Source: Eledone cirrhosa (lineage: Eukaryota). From it: 64,000 nucleotides of DNA. The number at the start of each line of letters is the position of its first letter. The first letter of the stretch is position 1. A program made the position numbers and the translations under genes. A model generated the notes under the pieces. That model did no database searches and was not told where the DNA came from. It saw only the letters and a list, made by a program, of their open reading frames with translations. Shown in pieces: positions 28,941 to 44,474 of the stretch. The DNA lies in assembly GCA_964016885.1 (NCBI GenBank), contig OZ024759.1, positions 186,001 through 250,000 on the forward strand, given 5' to 3'.

Positions 28941-31440
28941 ATTAGTAACATGGCAAAGTCTATATTAGTAACATGACAAAGTCTATATGAGTAACATGAC
29001 AAGGTCTATATTAGTAACATGACACAGTCTATTTTAGTAACATGACAAAGTCTATATTAGTAACATGACAGTCTATATTAGTAACATGACAAAGTCTATA
29101 TTAGTAACATGACAAAGTCTATATTAGTAACATGACAGTCTATATTAGTAACATGACACAGTCTATATTAGTAACATGACACAGTCTATATTAGTAACAT
29201 GACATAGACTATATTAGTAACATGACAAAGTCTATATTAGTAACATGACAGTCTATATTAGTAACATGACAAAGTCTATATTAGTAACATGACACAGTCT
29301 ATATTAGTAACATGACAAAGTCTCTATTAGTAACATGACAAAGTCTATATTAGTAACATGACAGTCTATATTAGTAACATGACAAAGTCTCTATTAGTAA
29401 CATGACAAAGACTATATTAGTAACATGACAGTCTATATTAGTAACATGACAAAGTCTATATTAGTAACATGACAGTCTATATTGTAACATGACACAGTCT
29501 ATATTAGTAACATGACACAGTCTATATTAGTAACATGACAGTCTATATTAGTAACATGACAAAGTCTATATTAGTAACATGACAATGTCTATATTAGTAA
29601 CATGACAAAGTCTATATTAGTAACATGACAAAGTCTATATTAGTAGCATGACACAGTCTATATTAGTAACATGACAAAGTCTATATTAGTAACATGACAC
29701 AGTCTATATTAGTAACATGACAAAGTCTATATTAGTAACATGACAAAGTCTATATTAGTAGCATGACACAGTCTATATTAGTAACATGACACAGTCTATA
29801 TTAGTAACATGACAGTCTATATTGGTAACATGACAAAGTCTATATTAGTAGCATGACAAAGTCTATATTAGTAACATGACACAGTCTATATTAGTAACAT
29901 GACAGTCTATATTAGTAACATGACACAGTCTATATTAGTAACATGACAAAGTCTATATTAGTAGCATGAGAAAGTCTATATTAGTAACATGACAGTCTAT
30001 ATTAGTAACATGACAAAGTCTATATTAGTAGCATGACAAAGTCTATATTAGTAGCATGACACAGTCTATATTAGTAACATGACACAGTCTATATTAGTAA
30101 CATGACACAGTCTATATTAGTAACATGACAAAGTCTATATTAGTAGCATGACAAAGTCTATATTAGTAACATGACAAAGTCTATATTAGTAACATGACAC
30201 AGTCTATATTAGTAACATGACGAAGTCTATATTAGTAACATGACAAAGTCTATATTAGTAACATGACACAGTCTATATTAGTAACATGACACAGTCTATA
30301 TTAGTAACATGACACAGTCTATATTAGTAACATGACAAAGTCTATATTAGTAACATGGCAAAGTCTATATTAGTAACATGACAAAGTCTATATGAGTAAC
30401 ATGACAAGGTCTATATTAGTAACATGACACAGTCTATATTAGTAACATGACAAAGTCTATATTAGTAACATGACAGTCTATATTAGTAACATGACAAAGT
30501 CTATATTAGTAACATGACAAAGTCTATATTAGTAACATGACAGTCTATATTAGTAACATGACACAGTCTATATTAGTAACATGACATAGACTATATTAGT
30601 AACATGACAAAGTCTATATTAGTAACATGACAGTCTATATTAGTAACATGACAAAGTCTATATTAGTAACATGACACAGTCTATATTAGTAACATGACAA
30701 AGTCTCTATTAGTAACATGACAAAGTCTATATTAGTAACATGACAGTCTATATTAGTAACATGACAAAGTCTCTATTAGTAACATGACAAAGACTATATT
30801 AGTAACATGACAGTCTATATTAGTAACATGACAAAGTCTATATTAGTAACATGACAGTCTATATTGTAACATGACACAGTCTATATTAGTAACATGACAC
30901 AGTCTATATTAGTAACATGACAGTCTATATTAGTAACATGACAAAGTCTATATTAGTAACATGACAATGTCTATATTAGTAACATGACAAAGTCTATATT
31001 AGTAACATGACAAAGTCTATATTAGTAGCATGACACAGTCTATATTAGTAACATGACAAAGTCTATATTAGTAACATGACACAGTCTATATTAGTAACAT
31101 GACAAAGTCTATATTAGTAACATGACAAAGTCTATATTAGTAGCATGACACAGTCTATATTAGTAACATGACACAGTCTATATTAGTAACATGACAGTCT
31201 ATATTAGTAACATGACAAAGTCTATATTAGTAGCATGACAAAGTCTATATTAGTAACATGACACAGTCTATATTAGTAACATGACAGTCTATATTAGTAA
31301 CATGACACAGTCTATATTAGTAACATGACAAAGTCTATATTAGTAGCATGAGAAAGTCTATATTAGTAACATGACAGTCTATATTAGTAACATGACAAAG
31401 TCTATATTAGTAGCATGACAAAGTCTATATTAGTAGCATG
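28860..31440. repeat. Near-tandem duplication, period about 1.38 kb (also present in the copy at about 54.8-57.4 kb)
   Basis: GACAAAGACTAT marker at 29411/30793 (+1382) and 55377/56757 (+1380). GACAATGTC and GCATGAGAAAG are doubled in the same order. Confidence 0.8.
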
Positions 31441-34400
31441 ACAAAGTCTATATTAGTAACATGACACAGTCTATATTAGTAACATGACAAAGTCTATATT
31501 AGTAGCATGACAAAGTCTATATTAGTAACATGACAAACTCTATATTAGTAACATGACACAGTCTATATTAGTAACATGACAAAGTCTATATTAGTAACAT
31601 GACACAGTCTATATTAGTAACATGACAGTCTATATTAGTAACATGACAAAGTCTATATTAGTAGCATGACAAAGTCTATATTAGTAACATGACACAGTCT
31701 ATATTAGTAACATGACATAGACTATATTAGTAACATGACAAAGTCTATATTAGTAACATGACAAAGTCTATATTAGTAACATGACAGTCTATATTGTAAC
31801 ATGACACAGTCTATATTAGTAACATGACACAGTCTATATTAGTAACATGACAAAGTCTATATTAGTAACATGACACAGTCTATATTAGTAACATGACAAA
31901 GTCTATATTAGTAACATGACAGTCTATATTAGTAACATGACAGTCTATATTAGTAACATGACAAAGTCTATATTAGTAACATGACATAGACTATATTAGT
32001 AACATGGCAATGTCTATATTAGTAACATGACAAAGTCTATATTAGTAACATGGCAAAGTCTAAATTAGTAACATGACAAAGTCTATATTAGTAACATGTC
32101 AAGGTCTATATTAGTAACATGACAAAGTCTATATTAGTAACATGACAAAGTCTATATTAGTAACATGACAGTCTATATTAGTAACATGACAAAGTCTATA
32201 TTAGTAACATGACAGTCTATATTAGTAACATGATAGTCTATATTAGTAGCATGACAAAGTCTATATTAGTAACATGACACAGTCTATATTAGTAACATGA
32301 CACAGTCTATATTAGTAACATGACAAAGTCTATATTAGTAGCATGACAAAGTCTATATTAGTAACATGACACAGTCTATATTAGTAACATGACACAGTCT
32401 ATATTAGTAACATGACAAAGTCTATATTAGTAACATGACAGTCTATATTAGTAACATGACAAAGTCTATATTAGTACCATGACAAAGTCTATATTAGTAA
32501 CATGACAAAGTCTATATTAGTAACATGACAAAGTCTATATTAGTAACTTGACAGTCTATATTAGTAACATGACAGTCCATATTAGTAGCATGACAAAGTC
32601 TATATTAGTAACATGACAAAGTCTATATTAGTAACATGACTCAGTCTATATTAGTAACATGACACAGTCTATATTAGTAACATGACACAGTCTATATTAG
32701 TAACATGACAAAGTCTATATTAGTAACATGCCAGTCTATATTAGTAACATGACAAAGTCTATATTAGTAACATGACAAAGTCTATATTAGTAGCATGACA
32801 CAGTCTATATTAGTAACATGACACAGTCTATATTAGTAACATGACAGTCTATATTAGTAACATGACAAAGTCTATATTAGTAGCATGACAAAGTCTATAT
32901 TAGTAACATGACACAGTCTATATTAGTAACATGACAGTCTATATTAGTAACATGACACAGTCTATATTAGTAACATGACAAAGTCTATATTAGTAGCATG
33001 AGAAAGTCTATATTAGTAACATGACAGTCTATATTAGTAACATGACAAAGTCTATATTAGTAGCATGACAAAGTCTATATTAGTAGCATGACACAGTCTA
33101 TATTAGTAACATGACACAGTCTATATTAGTAACATGACACAGTCTATATTAGTAACATGACAAAGTCTATATTAGTAGCATGACAAAGTCTATATTAGTA
33201 ACATGACAAAGTCTATATTAGTAACATGACACAGTCTATATTAGTAACATGACAAAGTCTATATTAGTAACATGACAAAGTCTATATTAGTAACATGACA
33301 CAGTCTATATTAGTAACATGACACAGTCTATATTAGTAACATGACACAGTCTATATTAGTAACATGACAAAGTCTATATTAGTAACATGGCAAAGTCTAT
33401 ATTAGTAACATGACAAAGTCTATATGAGTAACATGACAAGGTCTATATTAGTAACATGACACAGTCTATATTAGTAACATGACAAAGTCTATATTAGTAA
33501 CATGACAGTCTATATTAGTAACATGACAAAGTCTATATTAGTAACATGACAAAGTCTATATTAGTAACATGACAGTCTATATTAGTAACATGACACAGTC
33601 TATATTAGTAACATGACACAGTCTATATTAGTAACATGACATAGACTATATTAGTAACATGACAAAGTCTATATTAGTAACATGACAGTCTATATTAGTA
33701 ACATGACAAAGTCTCTATTAGTAACATGACAAAGACTATATTAGTAACATGACAGTCTATATTAGTAACATGACAAAGTCTATATTAGTAACATGACAGT
33801 CTATATTGTAACATGACACAGTCTATATTAGTAACATGACACAGTCTATATTAGTAACATGACAGTCTATATTAGTAACATGACAAAGTCTATATTAGTA
33901 ACATGACAATGTCTATATTAGTAACATGACAAAGTCTATATTAGTAACATGACAAAGTCTATATTAGTAGCATGACACAGTCTATATTAGTAACATGACA
34001 AAGTCTATATTAGTAACATGACACAGTCTATATTAGTAACATGACAAAGTCTATATTAGTAACATGACAAAGTCTATATTAGTAGCATGACACAGTCTAT
34101 ATTAGTAACATGACACAGTCTATATTAGTAACGTGACAGTCTATATTAGTAACATAACAAAGTCTATATTAGTAGCATGACAAAGTCTATATTAGTAACA
34201 TGACACTGTCTATATTAGTAACATGACAGTCTATATTAGTAACATGACACAGTCTATATTAGTAACATGACAAAGTCTATATTAGTAGCATGAGAAAGTC
34301 TATATTAGTAACATGACAGTCTATATTAGTAACATGACAAAGTCTATATTAGTAGCATGACAAAGTCTATATTTGTAGCATGACACAGTCTATATTAGTA

Positions 34401-36443
34401 ACATGACACAGTCTATATTAGTAACATGACACAGTCTATATTAGTAACATGACAAAGTCTATATTAGTAGCATGACAAAGTCTATATTAGTAACATGACA
34501 AAGTCTATATTAGTAACATGACACAGTCTATATTAGTAACATGACAAAGTCTATATTAGTAACATGACACAGTCTATATTAGTAACATGACAGTCTATAT
34601 TAGTAACATGACAAAGTCTATATTAGTAGCATGACAAAGTCTATATTAGTAACATGACACAGTCTATATTAGTAACATGACATAGACTATATTAGTAACA
34701 TGACAAAGTCTATATTAGTAACATGACAAAGTCTATATTAGTAACATGACAGTCTATATTGTAACATGACACAGTCTATATTAGTAACATGACACAGTCT
34801 ATATTAGTAACATGACAAAGTCTATATTAGTAACATGACACAGTCTATATTAGTAACATGACAAAGTCTATATTAGTAACATGACAGTCTATATTAGTAA
34901 CATGACAGTCTATATTAGTAACATGACAAAGTCTATATTAGTAACATGACATAGACTATATTATTAACATGACAAAGTCTATATTAGTAACATGACAAAG
35001 TCTATATTAGTAACATGACAGTCTATATTGTAACATGACACAGTCTATATTAGTAACATGACAAAGTCTATATTAGTAACATGACAGTCTATATTAGTAA
35101 CATGATAGTCTATATTAGTAGCATGACAAAGTCTATATTAGTAACATGACACAGTCTATATTAGTAACATGACACAGTCTATATTAGTAACATGACAAAG
35201 TCTATATTAGTAGCATGACAAAGTCTATATTAGTAACATGACACAGTCTATATTAGTAACATGACACAGTCTATATTAGTAACATGACAAAGTCTATATT
35301 AGTAACATGACAGTCTATATTAGTAACATGACAGTCCATATTAGTAGCATGACAAAGTCTATATTAGTAACATGACAAAGTCTATATTAGTAACATGACA
35401 CAGTCTATATTAGTAACATGACACAGTCTATATTAGTAACATGACACAGTCTATATTAGTAACATGACAAAGTCTATATTAGTAACATGGCAAAGTCTAT
35501 ATTAGTAACATGACAAAGTCTATATGAGTAACATGACAAGGTCTATATTAGTAACATGACAAAGTCTATATTAGTAACATGATAAAGTCTATATTAGTAA
35601 CATGACAAAGTCTATATTAGTAACATGACAGTGTATATTAGTAACATGACAGTCTATATTAGTAGCATGACAAAGTCTATATTAGTAACATGACACAGTC
35701 TATATTAGTAACATGACAAAGTCTATATTAGTACCATGACAAAGTCTATATTAGTAACATGACAAAGTCTATATTAGTAACATGACAAAGTCTATATTAG
35801 TAACATGACAGTCTATATTAGTAACATGACAGTCCACATTAGTAGCATGACAAAGTCTATATTAGTAACATGACAAAGTCTATATTAGTAACATGACACA
35901 GTCTATATTAGTAACATGACACAGTCTATATTAGTAACATGATACAGTCTATATTAGTAACATGACAAAGTCTATATTAGTAACATGGCAAAGTCTATAT
36001 TAGTAACATGACAAAGTCTATATGAGTAATATGACAAGGTCTATATTAGTAACATGACACAGTCTATATTAGTAACATGACAAAGTCTATATTAGTAACA
36101 TGACAGTCTATATTAGTAACATGACAAAGTCTATATTAGTAACATGACAAAGTCTATATTAGTAACATGACAGTCTATATTAATAACATGACACAGTCTA
36201 TATTAGTAACATGACACAGTCTATATTAGTAACATGACATAGACTATATTAGTAACATGACAAAGTCTATATTAGTAACATGACAGTCTATATTAGTAAC
36301 ATGACAAAGTCTATATTAGTAACATGACACAGTCTATATTAGTAACATGACAAAGTCTCTATTAGTAACATGACAAAGTCTATATTAGTAACATGACAAA
36401 GTCTATATTAGTAACATGACAAAGTCTATATTAGTAACATGAC

Positions 36444-39400
36444 AGTCTATATTAGTAACATGACACAGTCTATATTAGTAACATGACACAGTCTATATTA
36501 GTAACATGACATAGACTATATTAGTAACATGACAAAGTCTATATTAGTAACATGACAGTCTATATTAGTAACATGACAAAGTCTATATTAGTAACATGAC
36601 ACAGTCTATATTAGTAACATGACAAAGTCTCTATTAGTAACATGACAAAGTCTATATTAGTAACATGACAGTCTATATTAGTAACATGACAAAGTCTCTA
36701 TTAGTAACATGACAAAGACTATATTAGTAACATGACAGTCTATATTAGTAACATGACAAAGTCTATATTAGTAACATGACAGTCTATATTGTAACATGAC
36801 ACAGTCTATATTAGTAACATGACACAGTCTATATTAGTAACATGACAGTCTATATTAGTAACATGACAAAGTCTATATTAGTAACATGACAATGTCTATA
36901 TTAGTAACATGACAAAGTCTATATTAGTAACATGACAAAGTCTATATTAGTAGCATGACACAGTCTATATTAGTAACATGACAAAGTCTATATTAGTAAC
37001 ATGACACAGTCTATATTAGTAACATGACAAAGTCTATATTAGTAACATGACAAAGTCTATATTAGTAGCATGACACAGTCTATATTAGTAACATGACACA
37101 GTCTATATTAGTAACATGACAGTCTATATTGGTAACATGACAAAGTCTATATTAGTAGCATGACAAAGTCTATATTAGTAACATGACACAGTCTATATTA
37201 GTAACATGACAGTCTATATTAGTAACATGACACAGTCTATATTAGTAACATGACAAAGTCTATATTAGTAGCATGAGAAAGTCTATATTAGTAACATGAC
37301 AGTCTATATTAGTAACATGACAAAGTCTATATTAGTAGCATGACAAAGTCTATATTAGTAGCATGACACAGTCTATATTAGTAACATGACACAGTCTATA
37401 TTAGTAACATGACACAGTCTATATTAGTAACATGACAAAGTCTATATTAGTAGCATGACAAAGTCTATATTAGTAACATGACAAAGTCTATATTAGTAAC
37501 ATGACACAGTCTATATTAGTAACATGACGAAGTCTATATTAGTAACATGACAAAGTCTATATTAGTAACATGACACAGTCTATATTAGTAACATGACAGT
37601 CTATATTAGTAACATGACACAGTCTATATTAGTAACATGACAAAGTCTATATTAGTAACATGGCAAAGTCTATATTAGTAACATGACAAAGTCTATATGA
37701 GTAACATGACAAGGTCTATATTAGTAACATGACAGTCTATATTGTAACATGACACAGTCTATATTAGTAACATGACACAGTCTATATTAGTAACATGACA
37801 GTCTATATTAGTAACATGACAAAGTCTATATTAGTAACATGACAGTCTATATTAGTAACATGACAAAGTCTATATTAGTAGCATGACAAAGTCTATATTA
37901 GTAACATGACGGTCTATATTAGTAACATGACAAAGTCTCTATTAGTAACATGACAAAGACTATATTAGTAACGTGACAGTCTATATTAGTAACATGACAA
38001 AGTCTATATTAGTAACATGACAGTCTATATTGTAACATGACACAGTCTATATTAGTAACATGACACAGTCTATATTAGTAACATGACAGTCTATATTAGT
38101 AACATGACAAAGTCTATATTAGTAACATGACAGTCTATATTAGTAACATGACAAAGTCTATATTAGTAGCATGACAAAGTCTATATTAGTAACATGACAC
38201 AGTCTATATTAGTAACATGACAAAGTCTATATTAGTAGCATGACAAAGTCTATATTAGTAACATGACAAAGTCTATATTAGTAACATGACAAAGTCTATA
38301 TTAGTAACATGACAGTCTATATTAGTAACATGACAGTCCATATTAGTAGCATGACAAAGTCTATATTAGTAACATGACAAAGTCTATATTAGTAACATGA
38401 CACAGTCTATATTAGTAACATGACAAAGTCTATATTAGTAACATGACAGTCTATATTAGTAACATGACAAAGTCTATATTAGTAACATGACAGTCTATAT
38501 TGTAACATGACACAGTCTATATTTGTAACATGACACAGTCTATATTAGTAACATGACAAAGTCTATATTAGTAACATGACAGTCTATATTAGTAACATGA
38601 CAAAGTCTATATTAGTAACATGACAAAGTCTATATTAGTAACATGACAAAGTCTATATTAGTAACATTACAGACTATATTAGTAACATGACACAGTCTAT
38701 ATTAGTAACATGACAAAGTCTATATTAGTAACATGACATAGACTATATTAGTAACATGACAAAGTCTATATTAGTAACATGACAGTCTATATTAGTAACA
38801 TGACAAAGTCTATATTAGCAACATGACACAGTCTATATTAGTAACATGACAAAGTCTCTATTAGTAACATGACAAAGTCTATATTAGTAACATGACAAAG
38901 TCTATATTAGTTACATGACAGTCTATATTAGTAACATGACAAAGTCTATATTAGTAACATGACAAAGTCTATATTAGTAACATGACAGTCTATATTAGTA
39001 ACATGACACAGTCTATATTAGTAACATGACACGGTCTATATTAGTAACATGACAAAGTCTATATTAGTAACATGACACAGTCTATATTATTAACATGACA
39101 AAGTCTATATTAGTAACATGACACAGTCTATATTAGTAACATGACATAGTCTATATTAGTAACATGACATAGTCTATATTAGTAGCATGACAAAGTCTAT
39201 ATTAGTAACATGACAAAGTCTATATTAGTAACATGACACAGTCTATATTAGTAACATGACAAAGTCTATATTAGTAACATGACACAGTCTATATTAGTAA
39301 TATGACAAAGTCTATATTAGTAACATGACACAGTCTATATTAGTAACATGACACAGTCTATATTAGTAACATGACAAAGTCTATATTAGTAGCATGACAA

Positions 39401-42400
39401 AGTCTATATTAGTAAGATGACAAAGTCTATATTAGTAACATGACACAGTCTATATTAGTAACATGACAAAGTCTATATTAGTAACATGACAGTCTATATT
39501 AGAAACATGACAGTCTATATTAGTAACATGACAAAGTCTATATTAGTAACATGACAAGGTCTATATTAGTAACATGACAAAGTCTATATTAGTAACATGA
39601 CAAAGTCTATATTTGTAACATGGCAATGTCTATATTAGTAACATGACAAAGTCTATATTAGTAACATGGCAAAGTCTAAATTAGTAACATGACAAAGTCT
39701 ATATTAGTAACATGTCAAGGTCTATATTAGTAACATGACAAAGTCTATATTAGTAACATGACAAAGTCTATATTAGTAACATGACAGTCTATATTAGTAA
39801 CATGACAAAGTCTATATTAGTAACATGACACAGTCTATATTAGTAGCATGACAAAGTCTATATTAGTAACATGACACAGTCTATATTAGTAACATGACAA
39901 AGTCTATATTAGTAACATGACAGTCTATATTAGTAACATGACAGTCTATATTAGTAGCATGACAAAGTCTATATTAGTAACATGACACAGTCTATATTAG
40001 TAACATGACAGTCTATATTAGTAACATGACAAAGTCTATATTAGTAGCATGACAAAGTCTATATTAGTAACATGACACAGTCTATATTAGTAACATGACA
40101 AAGTCTATATTAGTAGCATGACAAAGTCTATATTAGTAACATGACAAAGTCTATATTAGTAACATGACAAAGTCTATATTAGTAACATGACAGTCTATAT
40201 TAGTAACATGACAGTCCATATTAGTAGCATGACAAAGTCTATATTAGTAACATGACAAAGTCTATATTAGTAACATGACACAGTCTATATTAGTAACATG
40301 ACACAGTCTATATTAGTAACATGACACAGTCTATATTAGTAACATGACAAAGTCTATATTAGTAACATGACAGTCTATATTAGTAACATGACAAAGTCTA
40401 TATTAGTAACATGACAAAGTCTATATTAGTAACATGACAAAGTCTATATTAGTAGCATGACAAAGTCTATATTAGTAACATGACACAGTCTATATTAGTA
40501 ACATGACACAGTCTATATTAGTAACATGACATAGACTATATTAGTAACATGACAAAGTCTATATTAGTAACATGACAGTCTATATTAGTAACATGACAAA
40601 GTCTATATTAGTAACATGACACAGTCTATATTAGTAACATGACAAAGTCTCTATTAGTAACATGACAAAGTCTATATTAGTAACATGACAGTCTATATTA
40701 GTAACATGACAAAGTCTCTATTAGTAACATGACAAAGACTATATTAGTAACATGACAGTCTATATTAGTAACATGACAAAGTCTATATTAGTAACATGAC
40801 AGTCTATATTGTAACATGACACAGTCTATATTAGTAACATGACACAGTCTATATTAGTAACATGACAGTCTATATTAGTAACATGACAAAGTCTATATTA
40901 GTAACATGACAATGTCTATATTAGTAACATGACAAAGTCTATATTAGTAACATGACAAAGTCTATATTAGTAGCATGACACAGTCTATATTAGTAACATG
41001 ACAAAGTCTATATTAGTAACATGACACAGTCTATATTAGTAACATGACAAAGTCTATATTAGTAACATGACAAAGTCTATATTAGTAGCATGACACAGTC
41101 TATATTAGTAACATGACACAGTCTATATTAGTAACATGACAGTCTATATTGGTAACATGACAAAGTCTATATTAGTAGCATGACAAAGTCTATATTAGTA
41201 ACATGACACAGTCTATATTAGTAACATGACAGTCTATATTAGTAACATGACACAGTCTATATTAGTAACATGACAAAGTCTATATTAGTAGCATGAGAAA
41301 GTCTATATTAGTAACATGACAGTCTATATTAGTAACATGACAAAGTCTATATTAGTAGCATGACAAAGTCTATATTAGTAGCATGACACAGTCTATATTA
41401 GTAACATGACACAGTCTATATTAGTAACATGACACAGTCTATATTAGTAACATGACAAAGTCTATATTAGTAGCATGACAAAGTCTATATTAGTAACATG
41501 ACAAAGTCTATATTAGTAACATGACACAGTCTATATTAGTAACATGACGAAGTCTATATTAGTAACATGACAAAGTCTATATTAGTAACATGACACAGTC
41601 TATATTAGTAACATGACAGTCTATATTAGTAACATGACACAGTCTATATTAGTAACATGACAAAGTCTATATTAGTAACATGGCAAAGTCTATATTAGTA
41701 ACATGACAAAGTCTATATGAGTAACATGACAAGGTCTATATTAGTAACATGACAGTCTATATTGTAACATGACACAGTCTATATTAGTAACATGACACAG
41801 TCTATATTAGTAACATGACAGTCTATATTAGTAACATGACAAAGTCTATATTAGTAACATGACAGTCTATATTAGTAACATGACAAAGTCTATATTAGTA
41901 GCATGACAAAGTCTATATTAGTAACATGACGGTCTATATTAGTAACATGACAAAGTCTCTATTAGTAACATGACAAAGACTATATTAGTAACGTGACAGT
42001 CTATATTAGTAACATGACAAAGTCTATATTAGTAACATGACAGTCTATATTGTAACATGACACAGTCTATATTAGTAACATGACACAGTCTATATTAGTA
42101 ACATGACAGTCTATATTAGTAACATGACAAAGTCTATATTAGTAACATGACAGTCTATATTAGTAACATGACAAAGTCTATATTAGTAGCATGACAAAGT
42201 CTATATTAGTAACATGACACAGTCTATATTAGTAACATGACAAAGTCTATATTAGTAGCATGACAAAGTCTATATTAGTAACATGACAAAGTCTATATTA
42301 GTAACATGACAAAGTCTATATTAGTAACATGACAGTCTATATTAGTAACATGACAGTCCATATTAGTAGCATGACAAAGTCTATATTAGTAACATGACAA

Positions 42401-44474
42401 AGTCTATATTAGTAACATGACACAGTCTATATTAGTAACATGACAAAGTCTATATTAGTAACATGACAGTCTATATTAGTAACATGACAAAGTCTATATT
42501 AGTAACATGACAGTCTATATTGTAACATGACACAGTCTATATTTGTAACATGACACAGTCTATATTAGTAACATGACAAAGTCTATATTAGTAACATGAC
42601 AGTCTATATTAGTAACATGACAAAGTCTATATTAGTAACATGACAAAGTCTATATTAGTAACATGACAAAGTCTATATTAGTAACATTACAGACTATATT
42701 AGTAACATGACACAGTCTATATTAGTAACATGACAAAGTCTATATTAGTAACATGACATAGACTATATTAGTAACATGACAAAGTCTATATTAGTAACAT
42801 GACAGTCTATATTAGTAACATGACAAAGTCTATATTAGCAACATGACACAGTCTATATTAGTAACATGACAAAGTCTCTATTAGTAACATGACAAAGTCT
42901 ATATTAGTAACATGACAAAGTCTATATTAGTTACATGACAGTCTATATTAGTAACATGACAAAGTCTATATTAGTAACATGACAAAGTCTATATTAGTAA
43001 CATGACAGTCTATATTAGTAACATGACACAGTCTATATTAGTAACATGACACGGTCTATATTAGTAACATGACAAAGTCTATATTAGTAACATGACACAG
43101 TCTATATTATTAACATGACAAAGTCTATATTAGTAACATGACACAGTCTATATTAGTAACATGACATAGTCTATATTAGTAACATGACATAGTCTATATT
43201 AGTAGCATGACAAAGTCTATATTAGTAACATGACAAAGTCTATATTAGTAACATGACACAGTCTATATTAGTAACATGACAAAGTCTATATTAGTAACAT
43301 GACACAGTCTATATTAGTAATATGACAAAGTCTATATTAGTAACATGACACAGTCTATATTAGTAACATGACACAGTCTATATTAGTAACATGACAAAGT
43401 CTATATTAGTAGCATGACAAAGTCTATATTAGTAAGATGACAAAGTCTATATTAGTAACATGACACAGTCTATATTAGTAACATGACAAAGTCTATATTA
43501 GTAACATGACAGTCTATATTAGAAACATGACAGTCTATATTAGTAACATGACAAAGTCTATATTAGTAACATGACAAGGTCTATATTAGTAACATGACAA
43601 AGTCTATATTAGTAACATGACAAAGTCTATATTTGTAACATGGCAATGTCTATATTAGTAACATGACAAAGTCTATATTAGTAACATGGCAAAGTCTAAA
43701 TTAGTAACATGACAAAGTCTATATTAGTAACATGTCAAGGTCTATATTAGTAACATGACAAAGTCTATATTAGTAACATGACAAAGTCTATATTAGTAAC
43801 ATGACAGTCTATATTAGTAACATGACAAAGTCTATATTAGTAACATGACACAGTCTATATTAGTAGCATGACAAAGTCTATATTAGTAACATGACACAGT
43901 CTATATTAGTAACATGACAAAGTCTATATTAGTAACATGACAGTCTATATTAGTAACATGACAGTCTATATTAGTAGCATGACAAAGTCTATATTAGTAA
44001 CATGACACAGTCTATATTAGTAACATGACAGTCTATATTAGTAACATGACAAAGTCTATATTAGTAGCATGACAAAGTCTATATTAGTAACATGACACAG
44101 TCTATATTAGTAACATGACAAAGTCTATATTAGTAGCATGACAAAGTCTATATTAGTAACATGACAAAGTCTATATTAGTAACATGACAAAGTCTATATT
44201 AGTAACATGACAGTCTATATTAGTAACATGACAGTCCATATTAGTAGCATGACAAAGTCTATATTAGTAACATGACAAAGTCTATATTAGTAACATGACA
44301 CAGTCTATATTAGTAACATGACACAGTCTATATTAGTAACATGACACAGTCTATATTAGTAACATGACAAAGTCTATATTAGTAACATGACAGTCTATAT
44401 TAGTAACATGACAAAGTCTATATTAGTAACATGACAAAGTCTATATTAGTAACATGACAAAGTCTATATTAGTA
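36444..44474. repeat. Tandem duplication, period 4020 bp (36444-40454 and 40464-44474), identical by eye
   Basis: 4020 = 67x60, so printed lines align: lines 36481-40381 match lines 40501-44401. Markers include GACGAAG (37528/41548) and GTCTAAATTAG (39674/43694). Confidence 0.95.
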
